The position numbers were made by a program, and so were the translations under genes. The notes beneath the pieces are model-generated. The model had not been told where the DNA came from and did not search any database. It saw only the letters and a list, made by a program, of their open reading frames with translations. From a virus (taxonomy: Duplodnaviria > Caudoviricetes), in the IMG/VR virus record IMGVR_UViG_3300031965_000055, positions 1-45,534 of that record: 45,534 nt of DNA, one strand, 5' to 3'. Positions 38,313 through 45,534 of this stretch are shown here, in pieces; the stretch's first letter is position 1, and every line of letters starts with the position of its first letter.

Positions 38313-38342
38313 TTGACCTCCTATGACCATTGGTCGTAGGAT
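38313..38342 (+). promoter_or_regulatory. Promoter with palindromic operator for the RAMP cassette
   Basis: TTGACC-18-TAGGAT, with the inverted repeat TCCTATGACCA-T-TGGTCGTAGGA (10/11) at 38319-38341. Confidence 0.7.
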
Positions 38343-38393
38343 CATTTCTGCGTGCCGGGCGCGCTCCGCGCCTGGCGAGAGAGGAGGCCAGGC

Positions 38394-39158
38394 ATGGTCA
38401 CGACAAAGGCGAATGAAGAGATCAGCATTCTGGAGGTCAGCCAGGGGCGATTCGAATGCTGCATTCTGGGCAGGACGCCGCTCATCATGAACCGGATGAG
38501 CGAGAAGGCGGGGCGCGAACTGCTGTTGCCCCGCAGGAAGACCGCAGCCGACAAAGCGGGATCCCTGAAACACAATCCCCCGGAGGAGTTCCGTGCCAGC
38601 GCGTACCGGGCTGTGGGTGAAGATGTGCCCACGCGACTGCTGTTGCTGGCGACGGCCTTCAAGGGGGCCATGCGATCCGTGGCCGTCGATATCCCGGGCG
38701 CGGCCAAGGCTCAGATCGGCCGCCTCACTTACGTCGACGGTGACCACGTGTCCATCTACGGGATCCCGAAACTTCTGATGAGCATCACTCGCAGCGCGGA
38801 CATGAACCGTACCCCCGACGTTCGGACCCGCGCAATCGTCCCGCACTGGGCCTGCCGGCTGGGAGTGACCTACGTCAAGCCCATCCTGCGCGAGCAAGCG
38901 GTCGCCAACCTCCTGGCCGCCGCCGGAATCATGCGCGGCGTTGGTGACTGGCGGCCCGAGAAGGGCGCCGGAAACTATGGGCAGTTCGAACTTGTCAGCC
39001 AAGACGACGCGAAGTTCAAGGCGATCCTCAGCGGGGGCGGAATGGCCGCACAAGATGCGGCCCTGGCCAAGCCGGAGTGCTACGACGCCGAGTCTCACGA
39101 TCTCCTCGCATGGTTCACGACCACCGCATCGGAGCGAGGCTTCAAGGTGGTTGCGTGA
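38394..39158 (+). CDS. Cas7/RAMP-like RNA-binding protein (putative guide-binding effector)
   Basis: N-terminal strand I.G.TPLIMN, AFKGAM helix, central R....PDVR.R and a C-terminal Gly-rich loop AG...GVGDWRPEKGAGNYGQF, which is the RAMP layout. GAGGAGG RBS. Confidence 0.75.
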   Translation: MVTTKANEEISILEVSQGRFECCILGRTPLIMNRMSEKAGRELLLPRRKTAADKAGSLKHNPPEEFRASAYRAVGEDVPTRLLLLATAFKGAMRSVAVDIPGAAKAQIGRLTYVDGDHVSIYGIPKLLMSITRSADMNRTPDVRTRAIVPHWACRLGVTYVKPILREQAVANLLAAAGIMRGVGDWRPEKGAGNYGQFELVSQDDAKFKAILSGGGMAAQDAALAKPECYDAESHDLLAWFTTTASERGFKVVA

Positions 39159-39640
39159 TGCAAGAGGAAAGCATGTTGGCTGTCCGGCGGGCCATCCAGG
39201 CGGTCGAGGATGCCGAGGGACGGATCACCCCGGATGCTGTCGTACGACAGGCGACGGACCCAGAGAGCCCGCTCCACAGGTATTTCGAGTGGGACGACCA
39301 GAAGGCGGGCCACTCCTACCGCATCGACCAGGCGCGACGGCTCATCAGGCTTATCGAAGTCGTGGTCACCACGGATACGCGGATCATCACCGTCCCGCTC
39401 TACGTACGCGACGCCAAGGCAGAAGGGGATGAGCAGGGATACGTTTCCCTGCCCCGCCTCCGGACGGAGCCAGACACGGCCCGCGAGATGTTGCGAACGG
39501 AGTTCTCGCGAGCTTCCGCATGCCTGACGCGCGCCGAAGACTTGGCCGACGCGCTCGGGTTGCGGAAAGAGGTCGCGGCCGCGGCGCGCAGTGTGGAGAG
39601 GGTCCGAAGAAAGATCGAACGTCAGCCGCGGGCGAACTGA
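39158..39640 (+). CDS. Conserved partner protein of the RAMP-like gene
   Basis: TGATG coupling; GRITPDAVV..A.DPESPLHRYFEWDD..A...YR..QAR.LI. Confidence 0.75.
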   Translation: MQEESMLAVRRAIQAVEDAEGRITPDAVVRQATDPESPLHRYFEWDDQKAGHSYRIDQARRLIRLIEVVVTTDTRIITVPLYVRDAKAEGDEQGYVSLPRLRTEPDTAREMLRTEFSRASACLTRAEDLADALGLRKEVAAAARSVERVRRKIERQPRAN

Positions 39641-39883
39641 GGCAGGCGCGGCTTGGCGGGGCACGACGGGGCGAGGTCGAGCGAGGCTGGGCTTGGCGAG
39701 GCAGGTAGAGCGAGGCCGGGCAACGCGAGGCCGGGTGTGGCATGACACGGCGGGGCGAGGCGGGCGACGTTCGGCACGGTCTGGCGCGGGCTGGTAAGGC
39801 ATGGCTTGGCCCGGCGCGGCAGGCAAGGCGGGGCCTGGCATGGTTCGGAGAGGCTTGGTGAGGTCTGGCGTGGTTCGGCGGGT
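39641..39883 (+). ncRNA. Array of four 59-nt units, each GGCR + 11x(GGY-NN); putative guide RNAs
   Basis: Units start at 39641, 39700, 39759 and 39818, with a closing GGCG at 39877. Of 44 pentamers, 36 begin with exact GGY and 8 differ by one base. The NN positions are variable. Confidence 0.85.
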
Positions 39884-40072
39884 ATGGACCGAGAAACACT
39901 GAAGGCGCATCGAAAACGACTTGGGCTGTCGCTCGCAGAAGCGGCGGCCCAGGTCCACGTTGCCGCACGCACCTGGGCGCGCTGGGAGAGCAGCGAGCGA
40001 CATATGCCTGAGTCTGTGGCTCATCTCTTCTGCATGCTCAACAAAATCAAATACCATCGCCCCCAGCGCTAG
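39884..40072 (+). CDS. Xre-family HTH regulator
   Basis: LKAHRKRLGLSLAEAAAQVHVAARTWARWESSER.MP. Confidence 0.85.
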   Translation: MDRETLKAHRKRLGLSLAEAAAQVHVAARTWARWESSERHMPESVAHLFCMLNKIKYHRPQR

Positions 40073-40452
40073 GGGCGCCTCACGCGCTCGCCCCTCTCGG
40101 GTTTGTTGTGGGTCGCCATGAGATCGCGCATCACGGCCTTGATCTGCTCGACAGCTTGGGCGGGTGTGCGCTGCGCCTGGCCTGGCTGAGGAGCCTCGCC
40201 AAATCGCAGGACACAATCCTTGAGCGGGATCTGGGGCGAGTTCTTACGGCGATGCACGTTGTAGATGGCCTGCACGATGCTCGCGGCTCTGAGGTCGTCG
40301 CGCTCTTCGTCGAATGGTTCGAGGTCCGCATAGGCGCGCCACTCCTGGAGTTGCCTGATCGTCATGCCACGGAGCATGCGGTCGACGTTCAAATGACCGA
40401 GCCTCAAGGCCAGGCGGTGAGCGAAGCGGCGGGCGCCGCTCCGCTCTAGACG
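40069..40452 (-). CDS. Tail assembly chaperone, frameshift extension (gpT-like)
   Basis: The -1 frame reads RLERSGARRFAHRLALRLG..NVD.ML..M...QL.EW.AY...EPF...R.DLRAA. Confidence 0.8.
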   Translation of the reverse strand, partial: RLERSGARRFAHRLALRLGHLNVDRMLRGMTIRQLQEWRAYADLEPFDEERDDLRAASIVQAIYNVHRRKNSPQIPLKDCVLRFGEAPQPGQAQRTPAQAVEQIKAVMRDLMATHNKPERGERVRRP

Positions 40453-40817
40453 TTTTTTACGGGCTCCTCCTCCGACCAGCCCTGTAGAGTCAGCGCGATC
40501 TTCTGTAGACGGATCAAGACCTTTTGACTGCGACTTCGCAGCCGGGCAATTTGATCCGGCGCCGTGAAAAGGCGCTCCCCGGCAGATGTCACCAGACTCG
40601 ATGCGAGCAGGAGGAAAATGGCCTCGTGCCCCTTCTCCTTCGACAACGCGAGCATCTTTTCGTTGAGCTCGAGCCCCTCATCAGCGGGTAGCACCCGCAT
40701 GTACACCGAGCCGTTCCACTCGGGGACATGCACCTCACGGATCTCAAGATCGGACGCGGCCAGGATGTCATCGGCCGTGAGCTGCTTCGTCGCTTCGGTC
40801 ATTTCGAGCGGCTCCAT
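40446..40817 (-). CDS. Tail assembly chaperone (gpG-like)
   Basis: LTADDILAASDL...V.VPEWNG.V..R, ending at the slippery site A AAA AAC. Confidence 0.85.
   Translation of the reverse strand: MEPLEMTEATKQLTADDILAASDLEIREVHVPEWNGSVYMRVLPADEGLELNEKMLALSKEKGHEAIFLLLASSLVTSAGERLFTAPDQIARLRSRSQKVLIRLQKIALTLQGWSEEEPVKNV
40452..40458 (-). other. Programmed -1 ribosomal frameshift site
   Basis: GTA AAA AAC GTC TAG contains an XXXYYYZ heptamer just before the stop, and the -1 frame is open. Confidence 0.8.
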
Positions 40818-41407
40818 CAGCTCGAAGTACCCACGACGACGATGTCGTAGGTGACCGACACGCCGGCCCCGTTTGCGACCTGGATGATATCGCCCGTGGC
40901 GGCAGTGACGGCCACCCCAGCCGTCGCCGGCGCTGTGAACAGGTACACGCCCCCTGGCTGTAGGGTGACCGTGGTCGCCGCCGTACCTAGCAGCGGAATC
41001 GAGTTGACATCCCCGAAGAGCGTGATGTCCTGCACGTTCGCGGCCGCCGACGAGATGAAGACGGCGCGCAGTTTCGCCGGAGCGATCGCGGATCCGAACG
41101 CATCGACCAAGCCGCCGCCGGCGAAGTCGAGATCTTCCGTGGTAGCTGCCGCGAGCGTTCTGCGATCGCTCCAGATGACGTTTGCCTGGCTCGCCCCGAC
41201 TCCGTTTGCGAAGTCCTGGAGCCTCGCCACGGCCATCGGTGACGATGCGGTCGTCAGGTCCAGCACATTGGTCAACGTGCCCGTGACCTTGATCTCCACA
41301 CGCGAGGTGAGACTTGCTGCGCGGACGTCGCCCTGCTGCCCGAGCAGTCCGACCACGAGGAAGGCGAGAGCCGCGAGGCTCGTGAGAAGTCGGGTGCGGT
41401 TTTTCAT
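40817..41407 (-). CDS. Tail-region structural protein with a signal-peptide-like N-terminus
   Basis: G.GA.QA...WSD.RTL.A...EDLD core, preceded by MKNRTR-hydrophobic-VRA/A. Confidence 0.6.
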   Translation of the reverse strand: MKNRTRLLTSLAALAFLVVGLLGQQGDVRAASLTSRVEIKVTGTLTNVLDLTTASSPMAVARLQDFANGVGASQANVIWSDRRTLAAATTEDLDFAGGGLVDAFGSAIAPAKLRAVFISSAAANVQDITLFGDVNSIPLLGTAATTVTLQPGGVYLFTAPATAGVAVTAATGDIIQVANGAGVSVTYDIVVVGTSS

Positions 41408-41447
41408 CAGAGCATCTCCTTCAATTCGTGGTCGTGGTCGTCTACGG

Positions 41448-41870
41448 CTACGGCGCTTCAGTGATGTTGCCGTCCAGTGTGAGGGCGATGTTCCCCAACA
41501 GCGCGGCATCGGTGGTGACCTCCGGGATCTCGAACTTCTGCACGCGCGCGGCGAACGTGTGCATCACGACATGGTCGGGTGGGTAGGTGATCCGCCAGTT
41601 GCGCTTGACGTTGTTCTTCAGGTCGGCGCGCATCTGGACATGGGTCGCGTCGGTCGGGACCCAGTTGACCACACCCGCGACCTGGCCCTGACGCAGCATA
41701 CCGAGGATCTTCGCCTCCACGCCCTCGTTGTGCGTGCTGACGTCGATCTCGTTCCGCGACTGCGCGGGCGGCGTCAGTGAGACCAGCTCCGCGACAGAGA
41801 CGAAGACCTCCGGAGAAGCGCCGTCGCCTGCCTGGAGGCGGATTCCGGTTCCGATGATGGCGTCGCTCAT
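41448..41870 (-). CDS. Major tail tube protein
   Basis: G..LQ.GDG.SPEVF..VAE..S..P...R.EIDVS...G. Confidence 0.85.
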   Translation of the reverse strand: MSDAIIGTGIRLQAGDGASPEVFVSVAELVSLTPPAQSRNEIDVSTHNEGVEAKILGMLRQGQVAGVVNWVPTDATHVQMRADLKNNVKRNWRITYPPDHVVMHTFAARVQKFEIPEVTTDAALLGNIALTLDGNITEAP

Positions 41871-41879
41871 TCTGGTCTC

Positions 41880-42110
41880 CTATGCGTCGTCTGCTACTTG
41901 GAGTGCCTCGCCACCCGGACCGACGATCACGGATGGGCGCGACGCCGGCTGATGGCCTGCCTCGTGCTCGAGTACCGCATCGAGGTTCTCGACCCGTTCG
42001 TAGAGGCACTGCCGGCATCGGAATACCGGCCGGCCGCCCCACAAGAAGTCGGGCTGTCGCTCGCCCGTCAGTGGCGCTGCCAGCGGAACCGCAGCGGGCT
42101 TCTTCCTCAC
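41880..42110 (-). CDS. Small CxxC..H..H protein
   Basis: FRCRQC...HEAGH, coupled ORF. Confidence 0.5.
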   Translation of the reverse strand: MRKKPAAVPLAAPLTGERQPDFLWGGRPVFRCRQCLYERVENLDAVLEHEAGHQPASRPSVIVGPGGEALQVADDA

Positions 42111-42517
42111 GCCGACACCGCCTGATTTCTGATCGCGATCAGCGCGTCGTAGGCGGCCCGGGCCATTGCCTCAGCGGCAGCCCACGTCGCGGCCCTGACG
42201 ACGATCTGTGCTCCCGGCCGCCGATAGGCCCCGGGGCCGTCGTTGTGCGTGCCGACCGGCCCGGTCCCACCTGTGGACCGGATCAAAAGGATCGGACCAT
42301 CGGAAGAGGGGAGCATCACCTTGGGGCCCGCGAAGATGGTCTCGTTTTCCAGTCCGACCCCGACGCTTTCGAGATAGGCGACGATCTCGCGCAAGAAGTC
42401 GGGGCCGGGGCGTTTCATCGCCAACACGTTGAACGAGCACTGTGCGCGCCGCGCCTCGTCCAAGCCCAGCGCGTCGTTCGGCTCCTGTAGCGCCTCGATG
42501 GAGAGGTAGTGCGTCAC
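42107..42517 (-). CDS. Tail terminator-like protein
   Basis: I..YL...G.G....IF.G, TGG and P..QI.VRA..W..A...A...Y..L. Confidence 0.6.
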   Translation of the reverse strand: MTHYLSIEALQEPNDALGLDEARRAQCSFNVLAMKRPGPDFLREIVAYLESVGVGLENETIFAGPKVMLPSSDGPILLIRSTGGTGPVGTHNDGPGAYRRPGAQIVVRAATWAAAEAMARAAYDALIAIRNQAVSA

Positions 42518-42930
42518 TTCGCTTCCATCGCGACCCTCTTGAGGTCGATCGCGCGGGCGAGGTCCGCGCCGATGCTCGACACGGACTCCATGAGGACGCT
42601 CTCTACGTACTTCGCCCTGCCGCCGCCCTTGTGCCTCGCGGTGAGATTCTCGTGCACCCTGCGGGCGTAGAGGACACCGGAGCCTCCATAGACGATCGTG
42701 GCCGAGATGTTTTCGTCGCCCAGCACCTTGCGGAGGCTGATGCGGACTTTCCCTGTCGACTTGAGCTTGCCCGTCTTGACGGGCACCCTGTCCTGAGTAA
42801 TCGCGAGCTTCTGCTCCGCGACGATGCGCGTGCCGCGCCGCACCGCCACGGGGAACTTGCGGACCATGGACTCGAGCTTTCGCTTCATCGCGCGATCGCC
42901 ATCGAGCGTCATCCGAAGCGCCGCCGCCAT
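42514..42930 (-). CDS. HK97 gp10-like tail completion protein
   Basis: VPVKTGKLKSTG, YARRVHE and AKYVE. Confidence 0.75.
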   Translation of the reverse strand: MAAALRMTLDGDRAMKRKLESMVRKFPVAVRRGTRIVAEQKLAITQDRVPVKTGKLKSTGKVRISLRKVLGDENISATIVYGGSGVLYARRVHENLTARHKGGGRAKYVESVLMESVSSIGADLARAIDLKRVAMEAK

Positions 42931-42932
42931 TA

Positions 42933-43331
42933 CTAGACCACCTTTCCGATCTGGATCTGATGTGCGACCGGCAGGCCCGTCTCCTCGCTCACCATCCCGT
43001 CGAACACGCGCACGATCGGGCCCGTGCGTCCGTCGGGGAGCACGAGCCTGTCCCTGGTGTCGATCGGACCTTGTCGGATGAACCCCGTGTTGCTCGGCAC
43101 CGTCGGCGGAACTGGCTCGAGAAACGTGACGATGGCCAAGAGCTCGAGCTCTTGACCACCAATCGACGGATCCGCTTGCAGGAGGGCCTTCAGTCCTACG
43201 GGATTCGCGAACGTCTCCCTCCCGTAGGCGTCCTGGCCGACGATCGCCTCAAAGGAGATGTCGACCTGGACGCCCAGCGTGGCCGCGTGAGCGGCCGCGA
43301 ACGCCGAGGAGATGACCGCCGCGAGCCCCAT
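42933..43331 (-). CDS. Head closure/neck protein (putative)
   Basis: Position after the capsid genes; D.YG...FA.P and I...D...LPDG motifs. Confidence 0.55.
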   Translation of the reverse strand: MGLAAVISSAFAAAHAATLGVQVDISFEAIVGQDAYGRETFANPVGLKALLQADPSIGGQELELLAIVTFLEPVPPTVPSNTGFIRQGPIDTRDRLVLPDGRTGPIVRVFDGMVSEETGLPVAHQIQIGKVV

Positions 43332-43349
43332 CCATCGTCACCAGCCGCT

Positions 43350-43700
43350 CTATGCGAGCGCGGCCCCGAGGTTCCCCCCGTGGAGGACCACCTTGCCCGT
43401 GGCGGTCGGGTTGGCAGCGACCCGCGCGGCGACGCCGACCCGGAAGTTTCCGGTCGTGACCGTGGTCATGAGCTTGGCCGTGTCGTCCCAGTTGATTTGC
43501 TGGCCCTCGGTCCACTCCTGAGCGGAGACCTTCGCGTGCTCGACCACGCCCAACCGGACGCCGTTGAATCGCACGGTCGCAGCCGCGGTCACGGTGGGGA
43601 CCACGAAGAGATCCCCGATCTTGACGCCCGTCCCGCTGACCACGCCGCCCGCGGGCGCGGCGAACTCGATCACCTCGCCCGGCTGTTCGTAGGTTTTCAT
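43350..43700 (-). CDS. DUF2190-type capsid decoration/cement protein
   Basis: MKTYEQPG..I...AP.GGV.SG...G.V...K...W..G..I.WD. Confidence 0.85.
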   Translation of the reverse strand: MKTYEQPGEVIEFAAPAGGVVSGTGVKIGDLFVVPTVTAAATVRFNGVRLGVVEHAKVSAQEWTEGQQINWDDTAKLMTTVTTGNFRVGVAARVAANPTATGKVVLHGGNLGAALA

Positions 43701-43710
43701 GTCGTCTCCC

Positions 43711-45534
43711 TTACACTCCGGCGTTCTTGAACAGGCCCCGCCAGTCCTCGACCTTGGCAGCGACGTCGTGGCGGACCTTGATCTCCAGTCCATCCACGTC
43801 CCAGCCCACGCGGGACTCGACCAGCGGTCCGGACTCCCCCGCCAGGGTACCCAGCACGATCACTCCGACCGCCGCCGGGGACGCGGCGAGGTACCAGGCC
43901 GTGAGGCTGTCCGCGTCGAGCCGGGGCTCGGCGATCACAGTCAACTTCCCGGCGAACGGGTTCACGGCCGAGAACGTGGCCGGCGTGAGATTGGTGGCCA
44001 CGAATTGCTCGGCCACCGTTTCCAGCGCTGAGGGCACGATCAGGAACATGGGCGGGATGTTCAACGGCGACGCTCCGTCGATGCCCTTCTGCTGGCGCAT
44101 AGAAGAGCGGCCGATACCGACCGGTCCGATCGCGATGGCCGCGGCCACAGCGGCCAGGTTGGCGTGCGTCGCGTGGAACAAGACCACGCCGTCGCCCATC
44201 GCGGCGTTGGCCGTGATCTGAGCCCACACCAGGTCGGACTCGAGGTTGCGGGCCTGGCGGCCGAACGCCATCGGCACCCGCGAGAAGGCGTCGGTGTCGT
44301 CGTTGATGAGCGCCTCGCGGGTGATGGCGAACTTCCGCCCGTACGTCTTGAGCTGGTACTGCTCCTTGGCCTCGCCGATCGTGCCGCTCTGGTACTCCCC
44401 GTGCTCGAGCTTTTCGAGCAGCGCCGGCGCCTCGCCGAGCTGCAGCAGGCGCGCCGGTTTGAAGTCGTTCAGCGTGCCGCGGCGCACGATCGGGCCGAAG
44501 GTCTGCGGCGCTTCCTCGTACGCCTTCTGGAGCACCTTGCCCGGGAGGTCGGACAGGAGGTTCGCGAAGTCGGAGGTGGTGTGCATCCCGCCGCGCTCCG
44601 AGAGGCCGAGCGCGGCCGATGCGATCTGCATCGGGGTCAGGTGCGTCGTCCGCACGCCGCGGGCCGACATGAAGACCTCGGCCACGCGCAGCATGTTCAT
44701 GCCGCGGTATTTCCGGCCCTTCTCGGTGAGCTTGAACCCGAGATCGCGCGTGACCTTCCTCGGACCCTCGTCGGTGGACATCGTCTCGGTGCGCTGCTCG
44801 TAGGGATAGAGTCGGTGCAGCAGGGCCTCCTCGATGCCGGCGCGCTCGTGGACGAGCGGGTCGTCGCCCGTGATCTCGACGACTCGGCCGCCGTACGGGA
44901 TCGGTCCCGGCCCATCGCCCTGGACGTCGCGCTTCGCCAGCTCCTCGAAGATGAGCGACTGCGCGCGTACGAGGGGCGTCCCGTCCTTGATGAGCGCATC
45001 GGCGAAGGACTGCGGCAAGCGGGCCGCCCGGCAAGCGGTCAGGATCCCCTGCACGCGCTCGCGCTCCTGGGTAGCGCCGAGGTCCCGCTCGTTGGGCTCG
45101 GGGGCTGGCGCGGGAGCGGGAGCGGGCACGATCGCCGGCTGCTCCGCGATGAACTCGGACCGGTTGGGGTCGGGCACTGGAATCTCCTTTTCGCTGCGCG
45201 TGACCGCGCTCACGATCTCGCATGGATGCGTCTCGACGTTCTCGCTGCGGACCTTGGCGCCGGCATCGGCCGGCATGCCGACCAGGGAGACTTCGAAAGG
45301 TTCCCAGTCGATCGCCTTCCGGATCGGCAGCGCGTTCTCTTCGCTGGGTTTCGTCTCTTCGAACTTGTGCACCAGGTAGCCGACCGAGAGGCTCGTGATG
45401 ATCTTGTCGAGAACGTCTCTCCAGATCGGTTCGACGGCCTCGCGGCGCGAGAAGCGCACCGTTGCGCGCCCCTCCTTCTTCGCCAGCGTCACGGACTCCG
45501 GCACCACGGCGCCAAGGATGTCGCCCACGGAATA
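43711..45534 (-). CDS. Prohead protease-major capsid fusion, 3' part (Mu gpT-like capsid)
   Basis: LSVGY and WEPFEVSLV..PAD (protease); HTTSDF..LL, DFK, EHGEY, TYGR.F.ITREALINDD and VRHD...DWRG (capsid). Confidence 0.93.
   Translation of the reverse strand, partial: YSVGDILGAVVPESVTLAKKEGRATVRFSRREAVEPIWRDVLDKIITSLSVGYLVHKFEETKPSEENALPIRKAIDWEPFEVSLVGMPADAGAKVRSENVETHPCEIVSAVTRSEKEIPVPDPNRSEFIAEQPAIVPAPAPAPAPEPNERDLGATQERERVQGILTACRAARLPQSFADALIKDGTPLVRAQSLIFEELAKRDVQGDGPGPIPYGGRVVEITGDDPLVHERAGIEEALLHRLYPYEQRTETMSTDEGPRKVTRDLGFKLTEKGRKYRGMNMLRVAEVFMSARGVRTTHLTPMQIASAALGLSERGGMHTTSDFANLLSDLPGKVLQKAYEEAPQTFGPIVRRGTLNDFKPARLLQLGEAPALLEKLEHGEYQSGTIGEAKEQYQLKTYGRKFAITREALINDDTDAFSRVPMAFGRQARNLESDLVWAQITANAAMGDGVVLFHATHANLAAVAAAIAIGPVGIGRSSMRQQKGIDGASPLNIPPMFLIVPSALETVAEQFVATNLTPATFSAVNPFAGKLTVIAEPRLDADSLTAWYLAASPAAVGVIVLGTLAGESGPLVESRVGWDVDGLEIKVRHDVAAKVEDWRGLFKNAGV
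45356..45534. repeat. Terminal direct repeat (right copy)
   Basis: Matches 1-179 with two mismatches. Confidence 0.95.

Noticed and set aside
39641-39883. Classical CRISPR array or simple microsatellite
   Set aside because: There are no 25-40 nt identical repeats with spacers. The variable NN with a fixed 59-nt super-period argues against slippage.
39387-39972. Arg/Gly/Pro-rich ORFs across the array (39387..39968, 39591..39797, 39622..39972)
   Set aside because: They are by-products of a stop-poor G-rich pentamer repeat, with period 5 and no RBS.

Overview
This window is an apparently complete, GC-rich (by eye), siphovirus-like phage genome of about 45,355 bp unique length. Bases 1-179 repeat at 45356-45534 with two SNPs, and the circle is broken inside the protease-major capsid gene. 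Almost all genes lie on the minus strand. They include a lambda-type GpA terminase, a portal with an intein, a protease/capsid fusion, a non-contractile tail with a -1 frameshift chaperone, a GH108 endolysin, SbcCD-like nuclease genes, a RuvC-like resolvase, an N4C/N6A methyltransferase and a decayed AlpA/PrimPol/helicase block. I found no integrase or tRNA. The main finding is a self-contained plus-strand cassette (38313-40072) between the tape measure and tail chaperone genes. It holds a promoter with a palindromic operator, a Cas7/RAMP-like gene, a conserved partner gene, a non-coding array of four exact 59-nt units [GGCR + 11x(GGY-NN)] and an Xre HTH gene. Read as codon positions 1-2, the NN dinucleotides of unit 4 fit K/N-G-L-I-S-D-F-D-L-V-S. 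This matches the phage's own tape measure peptide RGLISDFDLMA, which is encoded with alternative Leu/Ser codons (TTG, AGC) that break the nucleotide match. I infer an RNA-guided, gapped-code system aimed at related phages, with self-escape by recoding. From memory it resembles the recently reported VIPR systems, which should be verified. A second antisense, promoter-bearing 941-bp cassette splits an HNH gene. All family assignments come from motif recognition, not database searches.
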